A stretch of 59,330 nt of DNA, filler included, from Sphacelaria rigidula (lineage: Eukaryota), in the NCBI GenBank assembly GCA_964200075.2. It is 10 parts of 10 records of this genome, joined end to end, with 100 filler letters (N's around TTAATTAATTAA, not from the genome) between each part and the next. Parts side by side here need not be neighbours in the genome. Positions count along the whole stretch, not along the records: positions 23,775 to 29,617 come from CAXNAA020024022.1; positions 29,718 to 35,560 come from CAXNAA020024023.1; positions 35,661 to 41,503 come from CAXNAA020024024.1; 7 more parts are not named here. One strand, written 5' to 3'. How positions within the stretch are numbered: the first letter of the stretch is position 1; each line of letters opens with the position of its first letter. This document shows positions 24,819 to 37,339 of this stretch, in pieces. The position numbers were made by a program, and so were the translations under genes. The notes under the pieces were generated by a model that saw only the letters and a program-made list of their open reading frames with translations, was not told where the DNA came from and did not search any database.

Positions 24819-26395
24819 CGAGCGGGTCCAGCCTACAAGCGGATTTAAGCTCTCAAAGAAATATATCATCGACGCAAACGAGTTAGGACGTGATATGCAT
24901 TCGTATTAACAGTCTACTCGAGGGGAAGGTGCCCACCCGCTCACAATTCTGGGCCATTTTTTTCTCGTTGATAAAAAATTGTGTCTAGCAATTCCACTAC
25001 CGAACGGATAAAGTGTCCATATCAAAGTCTACATAATACCCCTAACGATATATACCACGGTTGATGGCGACTTTTGGTGTGGACATTCCCTGGGGCACGG
25101 GAAATGGATCGACACCCTCACCTTCAAAATGGTTGTATGGTGAGTAATGCCACGGTACGGGTGCACAAATACTTTCTGAAGTCTCAATTGTTGGGTTCCC
25201 TTCATCTCATCCAAAACAAGATTTATGAAATAAGTGAGAGTACGCCAGGATTATTATTCCAATGTGCCAGGGATATCCCGAATTAATTAGCAAACGGGGA
25301 TGTACTTATCCAACTTCTTGTGCATCTTGAATCGTTAGGAGCCCCTGAACCAGACAAGACTTTGCGCAGAGAGTGCACCCCTACCGTAGCATTGCTCCAG
25401 CAGGGGTGTATATTCTCCTTTTGGAGCTGTGCACTGTCCGAGTGTCTGGATGCCAAACATATGGGCCCTAGTGTACATCCTCAGAACCCTTTTGGCCTAA
25501 AAATTGCATCTCTACCGTAGAATCCTACTTCACCTAATTCGTTATCTATCTCGAGATATGGCGCACGTAAGATTCCATAAAAAAATGAAAATACTACGAG
25601 CAGAGGCACTAAATGCACTAGATCTGGATTTTGCGTCTCAGCTTTGCAGAGCTATACTTCAAAATTTCGTATGAAGAATCACTAGTGCATAATGAAAATG
25701 GAAATCTCGAGCGTTTTTATTTTTTTGTTCATCTTGAATTTTTTTATGGAGTTTTGAGGGAAAATGGACATTGTTCCTGAACCTTTTCCCAGTTTTTCAC
25801 CTCAATTACGAGAATTGTGATTTAAAACTCAGCATGGAGAATCGCAAAGACATGCACACTGAACATGAAAAAGTAGACCTTCATTTGTTTTGGAGAGAGC
25901 GTTCTCGTGGAAAAGTGGTCTTCACTACAGTAAAACTTCTGAACCAGTGGGGAAAAAAATCAATACAGTTATGTCCCACTTGTTTTGGCGCTACATGTCC
26001 TCGCGAGGTCCCAAACAATATTTCAAAACATATGTAACAAACCTAGGCCGTTAAGTGGCCTACAAAATGCTGTTTCAAATTTCGCCCGGCCCGGTTTCTA
26101 AATTGCCCCGCCTCACCTCAAATTTGAGAGTTGGACCTTAAAATTTGGTGCGGAGAATGAATGGGGCATAAAAAATATCCGTATCATCCACCCCAAAAAA
26201 AATATTTTCAAAAGTTAAGGGCAAAAAAATTTGATAGAATGCCGTCAACTCATGTTGAAACACAAAATGGGTCCTATGATTATTTCGTCATCATACTCTA
26301 TTTATTTTCCATACAAAATCTTGGGATCCCACTCTCAAATTGAAGTGAGGCGGGACCTACAAACTGCAAATCCGTTTCTAGGCTGGATCAGCTCG
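24819..26395. mobile_element. 1.58-kb non-autonomous TIR element with TA TSD
   Basis: TA|cgagcgggtccagcctacaagcggattt ... aaatccgtttctaggctggatcagctcg|TA. TIR related to the 15133 MITE. Flanks rejoin into the host repeat. Confidence 0.75.
25142..25397. mobile_element. 256-bp Sola-like MITE, TIR GAGYAATGCTACGGTAGGGGTGCAC
   Basis: 25-bp imperfect TIRs with GAG..CTC ends. Both halves match the split copy at 33101-33213 and 34910-35052. No TSD in this copy. Confidence 0.75.
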
Positions 26396-29300
26396 TATAC
26401 ATTTTTTCTCGCATTTAACGTCGAACAAAGCCGAAAAAAACGTTTTCAAACGAACTGATTTAGCCGGGAATTTGCACGTTTTGAGCTCACGTCATCGCAC
26501 AAGAGCGCAAAACTTCACGCCGTTGTTGAAAGTTTTTCCCTGGACTTGACCGCTCTCCGGGAAAACGCACAGGTGTTCTAAAACCGTCTCAACTAGTAAA
26601 GCAAGGCATTTCAAGGTGTCAAATTTCGCCTCGCTCTCTTTTAGGGCGTAAAACGACGTAAAAGTTCCAAAAAGACACTTTTCCAGATTTTTTTTGTCTG
26701 CCGTAACGAGCAACCTTACTTTGATGTGAGAAAAAATGTATGAAAGTTTTCGAGTTTCGCCACCAAACTTTGTACACATGTTCCTTGGATTACTGTACCC
26801 AGGGACGCATTCTTGGCACCTTCGTGCGAATAATCCGTAAAACCTGACAACTCCAAACCCCCACATCACCGAAATATCGCGGATTGGGGTAAAATTAGAT
26901 CCCATAATAACCGTTTTCAAGTATGTTTTTTGCCGTTAGATTCCTGAGCTGACGGGAATCACTACGATTTCAATTGTGTGGAGATTGAGTACAAAGTTGG
27001 TTGAGAGTTCGTACTTTCGACTTCAGAATATTTTGAAAGGCGGTGATTGGTTCAGGTACCTTTTCGCCCTTGGCACCGCCGCTATGGCCTCAAGCACAAA
27101 TCCGGCCTTGTCACCCTCTTCGTTTGTTGATTCTAGTCAACGCCTTACCATCAATGCGACGCAGAAAGGTCTACTTTCGTCAGTTTTTTTTCAAATTGTT
27201 TTTTGCCCTTGCGATTCTTCACACAACAGTTCAAAATACAAGTCGCGAACCAGGGGTGCTGCATTGCCTGCAACATACAACTCCGATTGAAAGCCGACCA
27301 AGGCTGCAAATCTGGAATTGCCACCTCAATTTTTACCGTCGCAGTTGAAAATGTGTCATGAGTATGGAGAATTGCTAGGGCACGAAGAAAAGGGTAACGT
27401 TGGGACCTCGAGTTTTTTTTTTCACCATGAGTTGAGGACGTTTCTGTGCAAGCTGGATCCTGTTTGTTCCCCTCAACTCATGAAAAAAACCCCTCCAGGT
27501 CCCAATATTTTTCGCCATTCTTGAAGCCCTACCTAGCAATTCTCCAAATAAAGTTTTGAAAGGCAACTCTCAAAATTGAGATGGGTGTCTCCCTGCCACC
27601 TATACATTCGCTTCTTGACTGGCCCAGCTCGTGCAGCACACGGATCTCATTCGGCGGAACACCCGGTCGGCACTGACGATGCCGGGCGATTGTCATATCG
27701 TGTATACATGTGCAGATTCTCCCAACTATAGGCGTTGTTGCTTGCCTTCTAGGCGTCGCGATATTCAATATTTTACAGGTCGTCATCCGAAGCAAATTTT
27801 TTTTATCGGAGCAGACGTGCTGCGGCCTTTAGTGGCGAGGGAATCTTCCGCGTTTACACAACGGTGGGCATGTGGATGTGTACGATCGAGTATGCGGCGC
27901 TCTGCAACCGCGCTTATTTTCGCCTAGATATGATACCAGCAACATAGCTACTCCAGAAAAACATCAAGTAGGGTGCAGAGCAGGTGCAGAGCGGTATCTC
28001 AGGCTGCATATAAATCTTCTTCGTGCTTGAACCATAGTCACCAGCCCATGCCCCTTGAGGGGCGTCTTGGTTTCCACCAGTTTTTTGCCGATACGACACC
28101 TTCCCTTCCCCAGCCCCTCAGAAAAACGGAATGAAAATATGATACCCTCTCGCAAGACAAACAACCCCATATGACTCCGGGTACCCCTTTTGATCGGCGT
28201 AGCACTTCTCCTACCCGTTATTGGCGCAAGGATCGAGCTGTAGGTGGCGAAGTCATGGGCTGCTGTACGTATGGCAGAAAAAACATTCGTACATTGGGTA
28301 CCGTAGGGTGCGGTGTACATCACCCCTACGTAGTATCCACACAGTAAGTAAGCACTTGATGCGGCTGCATGTCGGCATCTAAAATACCGCCTGGGTACAT
28401 ACGGGGTGCTGATATTTCCCCCCGAAATCCCATTCCTAGGTAATCGTATTTCTCGGGTCCAAAAACGAGCCCTCCGAGGGTACTGTATTTCCTGAACCTG
28501 TGTTATACACGTCCGTGTGCAAGCTGGGTCGGGCAAGAGGTCGAAAAGTGGCGAATTAACCACTCGGAGCCAATCTCTTCGAGTAGGCCCCCGGAAACCT
28601 AACGGGAGCCCTGAAGTTTTTTTTTTGTCGAGTTACGACCACTCGAAAAATACAGCCGATTCGATTGGTCGGCCTTATCTCGACGACGAAAAGGAGCTTT
28701 CGGGCCCTAGTCGCAATATATCGCCGAGTACCTTGTAAATCACGCGTCGAAATTTAAAGTTCCAACCTGAACGAGACAAGGGTCAGTCAGGTTCGCGTGG
28801 CGGTATTTGCGATATTCACTTCGAGATTGCTCTGCGTACAAATCAACCCAAAATGAAGAGTCTGAGGAATTCTGGTGTATGAGTTTGGAACAAAGACCAA
28901 TCACGGAGTAAGGCGTTCGCCTCATTCCTCTTCTCCTCGGGAATTTTAGACGCCCCGACTTATTGAGCAAATTCGGAATAGAATATTTTCGTCATGATAT
29001 ATTTTGAAAGAACCAACACGAATGTCTGATACAACAGGTACGCACACGGGTACGCGAGCTTCACGACACCAACAAAGCCGACGCCTGGGCTGTACTGCCG
29101 TTAACAAACGTGATCACTACGAGCACAGACATGATACGTCGACGACGTGCGCGTGGCGCATGTCCACGATCTGAACGGCGGTAACCGTTCATTGGACGAC
29201 AGTTTCAGCACTCGGGTGTGTTTGATAGGTTCAATCACACTACTTCCTTCGGTCAGTTTCCTATAGATCGATTTTTCAGAGTGAATCCATTTCAAGGCTC

Positions 29301-29717
29301 GCAATGTTACAGCAATTACGTGATACAAATGAGTGAAATGCCGCTCATGAACTGATCTCCGACGGATCTAGTGGTGGTCGCGACATGGAGATACCCGAGT
29401 TACATTTTTTCACCGGACACACTCGCCAAAGGAAGCTCAACGCCAACAATGGGGGAAAACGAACATGGATGGAGTGAAACCAGAGAAAACTGAAGCACGA
29501 AAAACAGAGCAAAAACTCAATCCCCCCCCCCCCCCCCCCCCAAACCCCCCAACCCCAACCAAAAACACGGCGCCACGCCCGGCAGTCCCGTCGCCCCCCA
29601 AAAAAACAACCCAACCANNNNNNNNNNNNNNNNNNNNNNNNNNNNNNNNNNNNNNNNNNNNTTAATTAATTAANNNNNNNNNNNNNNNNNNNNNNNNNNN
29701 NNNNNNNNNNNNNNNNN

Positions 29718-30070
29718 CTGCATCCTGCTAAGATTGTTGGGTCCGAAGCCCACTGATAATCTTGCATTTGGATGACAGCCTCCAATGAGTTCCTTTATTG
29801 TCTGGTATTGCCACTTCCTGAGACAGCCACGGCTTACACACTGCCTCATTAGTGTCTCACCATTTGAACAGTACGTGGTACGATCATCCTCATTGTGCGG
29901 AGTTGAGGTTCTCCCACGCCGCACAGGATGATCTGGCTCGACGACTATCACGGTTACCGCCGAAAAAAACGCAAGCGCGCCAAAAAACCCGGTAACCTGG
30001 TTGCCTAGCTTACGTAGTGAGTGGCGTGTTTTATAGCGTCATCGCCAAGCGACGCCAACCCCATCGGGGT
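29718..30070 (-). repeat. Fragment of the Sola-like long repeat family
   Basis: Reverse complement matches 6107-6255 and 59172-59320; 29865-30070 matches 35661-35870. Confidence 0.8.
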
Positions 30071-30100
30071 CCGCCCCTACAANNNNGGCTTGGGGGGGGC

Positions 30101-30137
<37 letters not shown>

Positions 30138-30241
30138 GACATGTAGTGAGTGAAGGGCGGCGAGTGACCTACCGGCCGAAGGCTCTCAATGAATTGTCAA
30201 CGTTCAATCTTGTATGCACGTTTTGTTGGTAAACGCTACAG

Positions 30242-30448
30242 GTGTATCGCGTCATGCGAGAGTTCGGGATCCGCCCGGACAACCGCTCGACGCTGGAGCT
30301 GGTCAAGCTGTGCCGCGCCAACGCCAAGCCCGAGGTGGCTATCGATATCTTGAGAGAGCGGAGTAACTTTACGGATGGCCGCAAAACTCGTGGCGATCAC
30401 CTTCTCCGGAATCACCAGCACAAGCATGACAACCGCAAGAGCAGGTAG
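30242..30448 (+). CDS. Pentatricopeptide-repeat (PPR) protein, terminal exon
   Basis: ctacag acceptor; VYRVMREFGIRPDNRSTLELVKLCRANAKPEVAIDIL fits the PPR pattern (M...G..PD....L...C......A); ends at TAG. Confidence 0.7.
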   Translation: MYRVMREFGIRPDNRSTLELVKLCRANAKPEVAIDILRERSNFTDGRKTRGDHLLRNHQHKHDNRKSR

Positions 30449-31049
30449 CAAGAGCAGCAGCGTTAGGACCGACACGAGGCCGCTTGGAGCGTGCGGGGAA
30501 CTGCGGCGTGAAGAGAAAGAAAATCTACTCGTGTATCTCCGGGTCGTCCAACGGATGTGCCCCCACAGCGGCAACTGTATGTTTACTTTGTTCAGTCGGG
30601 GAGAGGTGAATGGGTCGTGTGGAAGTGTTTTGCTGAGGACGATGCTGCTTGAAAAACTATCGCGGGTGGTTGTCGTGGTGTCTGCGCTTGTGACTGTACA
30701 TGGGATATACATCATCTGGCTTAGGACTTCGATTTATGTCTGCCTGGCTAGAGCCAGCATCGGGATGTATTCTTCGATATTGAAAACTTAACGCTGTCAT
30801 GCTTCGTTATGAGGTAGTGCCGGCTGCGTTAATCCTGACAAGACTGGGAATGCTCAATAGTGAAGGTTCTTCATATGTTGGAATCAGATGCTGTTGGGGG
30901 TTTGGGCGCCGTGTCGAGCAAGACGGGGTCGCGCATTGGCGTAAAATGCTCACTCGAAACAACGACGGTGTTTCTACACATTTCACTACAGCATTAGTAA
31001 CTGATGGCAACTAGGTTTCTCTCGCCATGCAGGTAAATGAGCATCGCAG

Positions 31050-31132
31050 CCGCGCTCCGGTGCTCAAGCTGGTACATGATCGGCCAGTTTGGGCGGCGCA
31101 AAAGTAGTGGGTTCGAATCCCGACAGTGACGG
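31050..31132 (+). other. tRNA-like head (A-box-like GCTCAAGCTGGTA, B-box GGTTCGAATCCC), probably SINE- or TE-derived
   Basis: Pol III box motifs at tRNA-like spacing, but no convincing cloverleaf. Followed by degenerate tandem repeats to ~31750. Confidence 0.4.
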
Positions 31133-32143
31133 TAGTTTTCTACTGCTTTCCGTCGTGAAAAACGCAAGGAAGACGGCGAGGTGTATGCACTCTGAAATCA
31201 AGCAAAGACGAAGTGTTGACTCCTCAGAGCTTCAGAGAACGGAATGGCAGCGAATGAGGCGTGCTCTAAAATCAGGTGAAGACGAAATGGTGATGATCCT
31301 TACCATCACATGAACAAGTGAAAATGACGCCTATTCAAAATGCAGCCACCCCACGCTCTGCGTTCGAAGGGGAAAAAATCCTGTTGTAACGTGACAACGC
31401 CCATGCAGAACCTAGCGCGGGGAGCAAATGATACTCCAAACCCACACACCCTGATGCCAGCGAAGCGCTAGAGAGGGGAGGATCAGCGTAAAAAGACCTT
31501 AAAATCAAGTAGAGAAGACGGAGTACTGGCTTCAGAGAGCTTCAGAGAAAGAAATGACACCAGAAGATACGTACTATACTACCGAGTAGAAATGATGGTT
31601 CCTCAGCCGTCTAGAGCGAAACGACACTTGCCTGCAGGAAAGGCATTGGACGAAAATGGCAATTATAGTACTCTCGGACGAAGTAAAGGCAAAATGCTGG
31701 CTTCTCGGACACCCAGAGCGAAATGACACCTGTATACAGGAAAGATATTAGAGACAGCGATAACCGTTGTAATTGCTATATACATGATACAATATACTGC
31801 ACCCGACGTGTCAAAAGTTCCTGACTATTGTCGATACGTGCCCCCCCCCCCAGCAAACCTGTCGTCCTATGGCTCATGTACTGTCGGCAACACGAATGTC
31901 TGCGATCGAGCCCCACATTTTTCGCCGGCCGGTTGAAGTCATCCTAGTTCGGTAGACTAAGCATTGGGTAGTCCACAGCTTTGAATGCCCGTAATAATAG
32001 GGGAATCCCTGACAGTTGCAACTCCGATCACTATATCTTCAGACATGAACTGCTGAAACGGTACAAAGCTGTCCACTACTAATTCGATCCAACGGATGTC
32101 CACCAGTTTCTGAAAAACAAGGCATCAACATGTCGAATCAGTA

Positions 32144-32389
32144 TTATTTTCTGGTGAACCGCTGGTGCTCAGCGCTGCCACGGGAGCTTCCGCCCCCGTC
32201 TCGAGCCCCACGATTTATCGTCATGGACGAACGACCTCCCCAAAATTCATCCTTTGACTCTGTCCCCGCCGCAGAAACCGCCGCCGCTGCCGCCCGTGCC
32301 GCGGCTGCCGCTGCATTGGACAGCTGATCGATGGATTCTTGTAGGACAGCGGTCTTGTTTTCAGCCATGCTCGACAGGCGTTCGGTTTC
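32144..32389 (-). CDS. Unknown protein, terminal exon (coiled-coil-like, poly-Ala)
   Basis: ctttctcag acceptor on the minus strand; ETERLSSMAENKTAVLQESIDQLSNAAAA...FTRK, then stop. Confidence 0.6.
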   Translation of the reverse strand, partial: ETERLSSMAENKTAVLQESIDQLSNAAAAAARAAAAAVSAAGTESKDEFWGGRSSMTINRGARDGGGSSRGSAEHQRFTRK

Positions 32390-32567
32390 CTGAGAAAGAC
32401 GCACAAGAGAGACGCAGGCAGCGCGCAATAATGAATGAGCGGCGGACGAGTGGGTGGTTGTTGTATTATTTTTTGTCGCGGGATAATATATGGATGTATC
32501 GAGGATCAAGGCGGGGGGCGGGAGGAGAAGAAGACTCATACGCTTTACAGTTCATTTGGGTGTTCAC

Positions 32568-32727
32568 CTTCGCAAGCTTGTCGAACTCCAGGCTGGTCTT
32601 GTTGAATTCGGCGAGAGACGAGCGTCTCCTCCCGGACGCCTCGAAGCGGTGCGGCGTCTGCAGAACGATGTTGCGCTTGCACAGGAGCGTGTCCCACTCA
32701 TCCGTCGACAGCTTCACCAAGAAGGGT
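32568..32727 (-). CDS. Unknown protein, penultimate exon
   Basis: taatag acceptor; PFLVKLSTDEWDTLLCKRNIVLQ...FDKLAK; AAG|gtgaac donor phase 0 matches the next exon. Confidence 0.6.
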
Positions 32728-33589
32728 CTATTACGTGCGACGTGCACGCATACATACACAATATACGGATCAACAACAGCCACAAGCATATTGAGGAATA
32801 TCTGCATCAAGTGAGGCTTGACGCAATAATAATGCGTTTTGCATCGGGGTCGTCACGTGAATTGATTGGATAAAAAACAGACATGTACAGCTAACGAGGA
32901 ATACCAATGTGATTGTGCTCCCACCCACTCGTACACCTAGTGTTTCATGTTGCCACCTATACTTGAGGTTGGGCACATACCCCGGCGTATGAACGTAGTC
33001 GGCAAGCTTGCCTACTCTACGTGTTCCTCGCATCGTTCATAGTGTCCTCCGCCAAAGCATAAGCCATTTCCTTCGGCCCCCATCCCCTCATCATCCGCCA
33101 AAGTGATGCTACGGTAGGGGTGCACAAATATTTTCTGAGGTTGGAATTATAAGGAGCCCTGTATCTCATCCAAAACACCACTTACGACATATGTGAGAGT
33201 ACGCCAGGATTACCACCAATTTTGAAATTGGCTGTTGTCTCATGCTATTCTAGATTCGGCATTGGATTTCTGTGACAGAAAAACAAGCAGAACTTCTCGA
33301 GAACTTCTCAAGAAACAAGCAGAACTTTTCAAAACTGCTCAAAACGTGACCCCATTATCTGCAGTACAGAGTACTACACTGAACACAACACAATTCTGCA
33401 GTGGTATATGGAGTACAGAGTACCACACTGAACACAAGACAACACAGCAGTTCTGCAGCGTTTTCTAGTTTCAGAACCTGAAGACGGACTGTGTACAGTA
33501 TGCCTCAGCTTCTCTTGTTGCGAAATTGATAGTGTCCAGGTGCTGCTGCTGTACTACTACGACAACACAGCAATAATTTCTTCAGAATA

Positions 33590-34482
33590 TGTAGTCAAAC
33601 GAACAAGGCACTTCCCACACCCATCATTTCTATGCTGTAGTTGTCGCTGTGCTGTTGTGCATTTGAACACTCTACAAAGAACATGGTGTGATGTGCGCTG
33701 GAGAGTGCCTGAATAGTTGTAATGCTGCATGCGGTGTTCCGGTAAGCACAGAAGTGGGGTGAGATCAAAGTGCTGTACACTAGCTACTGTCTGTACACAA
33801 AGGCGAAACGATGAAACGATCACGTGATGACTGTGCAGCTGTCTGTTGCGTTTCCGTCCGTACTTCAGCTATAGGCGGGTGCTGGGATCGGAGAAGACAC
33901 GCAAGGCGGACGCGTGCACGTTGGGGCGAACAAACTGAGCGAGCACGGAGCTGCCTTGATGTCCCATGTAATAGTTCTTCCCCCCATTTCAAAGGAATCC
34001 TCACCTGGATGGTCCACAAATATAGAGAAAATACTACAGGAGAAACCGTCACGACTTTACACCCACCCGCACTCAAGTGCGGACAAAGTCAGTATCAGTT
34101 CTATATCTTCGCTGGGGTCAGCAGCAACAGTGAGCGTTGTGCCGGTTTAAGAGACAACCAACTAGACTACTGACCAGTCAGCGCTGACTGGTCAGTAGTC
34201 TAGTTGGTTGTCTCTTAGACCGGTACAAAAGTTTGTCGTTGGTTCGATTGCAAGAACATCACAACCACACCATCACCCGTTGGTTCGCCATGTATGTTCT
34301 GGGCGTGTGCTCTGGTGCTTGCGCGAGCAGCGAGGTGGTTGGTGTGGTGTGTGTTGTCGGGGGGATGGTTACACGTTACACGTCACGCCTGTTGGTCAAT
34401 AACATCTCCTATTACTAACTTTGGACTTCGGGGGAATTACAAAGTCCAAGTCCTGGCCCGAATTTAGTCTTCGCAAACACCC
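33590..34482 (+). mobile_element. Truncated copy of the long-TIR element of contig 7 (right end retained)
   Basis: Matches 38200-38640, 39310-39435 and 39945-40211, ending ...gtcttcgcaaacacc. Confidence 0.8.
34138..34227. repeat. Near-perfect 90-bp palindrome with no loop (perfect 70-bp core 34148-34217)
   Basis: taagagacaaccaactagactactgaccagtcagc|gctgactggtcagtagtctagttggttgtctctta. Confidence 0.95.
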
Positions 34483-35397
34483 TCACTACTGTACTTTCTG
34501 TGCTTGCAGAGTACAGCCTGTACTCGGACAGGGCAGGTGAACAGCACGCACATAGTTCACATGAACACAGCTAAACGCATGAAGAACATGCTCAGCGGGC
34601 AGGGTATACTTGTAACCTTGTACTACTGCATGTCCGAGTGCAGGCTGTACTATCCCAATTTTTGGCCAATAAGAACGAAACTGTGGCCTACGGAAAACGT
34701 GAAGGTGTTCTGAAACGGTCTCAGCGAGTACAGCAAGTCATTCCAAGGTGTCAACACCCGCTGAGCCCTCTTCTCGGGGCAAAAACGACGGAGAAGGGAA
34801 AAAAAAAAAGCACTTTTTAACAGGTAATATTTTTCGATACATAAGAAGTAGCCTAACAAAAGAAAAGGAAAAAAGAAAATTGGAAGTGCGATGCAAAGCA
34901 GAGCAATCTATTTCAATGTGCGAGAGATATCCCGAATGAATTTGCAAACGAGGATACCCTGACCCATATTCTTGTGCAATCTTGAATCGTTAGGAGCCCC
35001 TAGACCAGACAAGATCTTGCGCAAATAGTGCACCCCTACCATAGCATTGCTCGCCATATGCTTTTCAACTTTCCCCGGTAAATCAACCCAGTGATTTCGA
35101 CCCTCTCTTTTCGCCGCACGCACTCCACAGATGGGTACTTGTCACGGAACGTGGAACGGGGAACGCGAAACATGACAAGGCACCGTGCGAACGAGTCGTT
35201 TCAGTTTAAATAAAGATCACCCGGATGACAAATGGAAGTGTCTACAAATTCGTCCACATTATACTCCATGTACGAGATTATGTACCGCCAGAAAATTTTT
35301 ACTCCCGGCTCGTGCAATATTCCTGAAAGTGCGGGAACCACCACATACAATGGAAACAATCCCATAAGTATCCGTTTAGGAATCACCTTTTCACATA

Positions 35398-35468
35398 GGC
35401 GACACCAGTGAGTTGATTCGAGAGCTTCATAAACAGAACGTACGGGGGTCGAATCCCAACTCCCGCCA
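35398..35468 (+). pseudogene. Degenerate tRNA-like sequence (Met-like loop)
   Basis: 71 nt with GGCG..CGCCA ends, a TTCATAA loop and a GGGTCGAATCCC T-arm. D-arm and stems are poor. Confidence 0.25.
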
Positions 35469-35470
35469 AA

Positions 35471-35560
35471 GAGTCATGCTACGATAGGGCAGGGGGTGTA
35501 CTCATGATCATGCATGCCATAGTCATAACACCGTTGACCTCGCATCCCTACCAAGCCCAC
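35471..35560 (-). mobile_element. Terminus of the Sola-like long element, truncated by the contig end
   Basis: GAGTCATGCTACGATAGGG followed by the reverse complement of 6010-6080. Confidence 0.75.
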
Positions 35561-36412
35561 NNNNNNNNNNNNNNNNNNNNNNNNNNNNNNNNNNNNNNNN
35601 NNNNTTAATTAATTAANNNNNNNNNNNNNNNNNNNNNNNNNNNNNNNNNNNNNNNNNNNNAAACACTACGTAGTACGATCATCCCCATTGTGCGGAGTTG
35701 AGGTTCTCCCACGCCGCACAACATGATCTAGCTCGACCACCATCATGGTTACCTCAAAAAAAAAAAAAAGCAAGCGCGCAAAAAAACGGTAACCTGGTTG
35801 CTTGGCTTACACGGTGAGTGGCGTGTTTTTATAGCGCCATCGCCAACCGACGCCAACCCCATCGGGGGGGAACAACGAGGCATCCGAGATAAAACAAAGT
35901 TGAACGACAAAAGAACGGAACGACCAAACGAAAAAACAAAAGCAAGTGCATGAAAACATGGAGTAAAACACCAAACTAAAAATAACACCCACACCCACAC
36001 CCACACTTACACCAACATCAACGAGACGGGCTGGACAACGACCATTATAGGACGTGGACAAGGAAGGAACAAGAAAAATAACACGAAAAAATATAAATCG
36101 ATCGTAGGTGAAACAAACACACCTGGCGACAGCGAAAAATATCACCACCACCACGACCATAACAAAACTGCAAACCACCACCACCACTAAGAGCAGGACG
36201 GAGCGTGCACTGCGCCAAGTTGATAAGGGGTTCAAGTGGGAGCATCCCCCACACTGCCTTGAGCCACCGCTCGAGGCGCCTTCCCGACATGACTGCCGCG
36301 AGGTCGTCTAGCCGAGCCTTCGGGTAGTCGGCAAACGGACTCGCTTGCGAAATTCGCTTGCGGGGTGAGTGTTGGGTTGGTTTTCCTCCTTCCTATCAAG
36401 GGAAGAAAAAAA

Positions 36413-36480
36413 CACCACCACCACCACCACAACCAACAACCAACAACCAACAACCAACAACCAATAACCAATAACCAACA
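36413..36480. repeat. Compound microsatellite (CAC)n/(CAACCAA)n
   Basis: Directly visible. Confidence 0.85.
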
Positions 36481-37339
36481 GCAATATTATTACTTACATC
36501 AACAAGGCCAATATCCAGGATCATGACAAACCTTCTCGCGGTGCATGGGCATAGCCACAACTTCTCCGATACGAGCCCCGAACGCTCCGCTGTGTCTAGC
36601 CTGCTCGGCCTTTTGCTTGCGGGGCAACCGAATCATCCACCTACCGCACCAAACCACCAACAACCACCAACAACCGCCACACCGCCACGGAGCGGCAGAG
36701 ACGAGAGGGGGGAAGAGGGAGATGGACGGGGGGGGGTATCGTGGATTATTTTCTCGACGAAATTCCAATGAAAACGGTCGTTGAAAGCAGCAACGGCTGT
36801 TCGAACGCGCCTGTCAACGATAAATAACTCTCACGTCCTGCTTGACACCGTTTTCACCAAAAAGCAAGCGCACCGCGAGTGCGTTAGGTCGTCTTACATA
36901 TATATGAGCCCTTCTTGCCGCGGAATGAACCCCTTCTCCCCACGCTTCTCCTATCGTAGCATGAGTCTTCACTATACTCATTTTCAGTCTCAATTCCGTA
37001 TTTTCTCGCCAGTGCATTTCGTTTCGCTTCGTTTCGTTTCGTTTTGCATCGTAATATTTTGTTTATTTCGTATCGTGTCCCCTCTCCTCTAACCGAGTTA
37101 CAGGTACAACGGCGCAACCTGTATCCTTGTAGCGAGTGAAATTCCGTCATTTTCCATGGCGTGACGACAGCCGCTGGATTGCCAGCGGATCAGCTGACGT
37201 GACGAGAATCAAATCGGCCGATATCAGGTAATGGGGTGTTTGCAGAGATGAAATTCGGGTCTGGTCTTGACGTCCAGAGCAAGATCGGAATTTCACCCGA
37301 TTTTGGTTCAACAACTAGGTTTTAAAACCCAACCGACTA

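Larger units (their letters stand above)
24400..27120. mobile_element. Foldback-like repeat with long diverged inverted arms; homologous family at ~45500-46900
   Basis: 24440-24545 is inverted at ~26845-26940; 24750-24818 plus 26398-26420 is inverted at ~26720-26810; 26860-27120 matches 46640-46900. Confidence 0.6.
33101..35052. mobile_element. Sola2-like MITE with 4-bp TSD GCCA, split by a ~1.7-kb insertion
   Basis: GCCA|aagtgatgctacggtaggggtgcac ... gtgcacccctaccatagcattgctc|GCCA. The halves match the intact copy at 25142-25397. Confidence 0.8.

Noticed and set aside
27617..27633. Solo TIR (ctggcccagctcg) of the 15133 MITE family
   Set aside because: No partner TIR or TSD found, so the element cannot be delimited.
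32540..32567. Alternative donor GC|gtatga for the minus-strand exon
   Set aside because: Phase 2, incompatible with the phase-0 terminal exon; AAG|gtgaac at 32568 fits.
31050..35468. Functional tRNA genes at 31050-31132 and 35398-35468
   Set aside because: Box motifs are present but the stems do not form a proper cloverleaf; kept only as tRNA-like relics.
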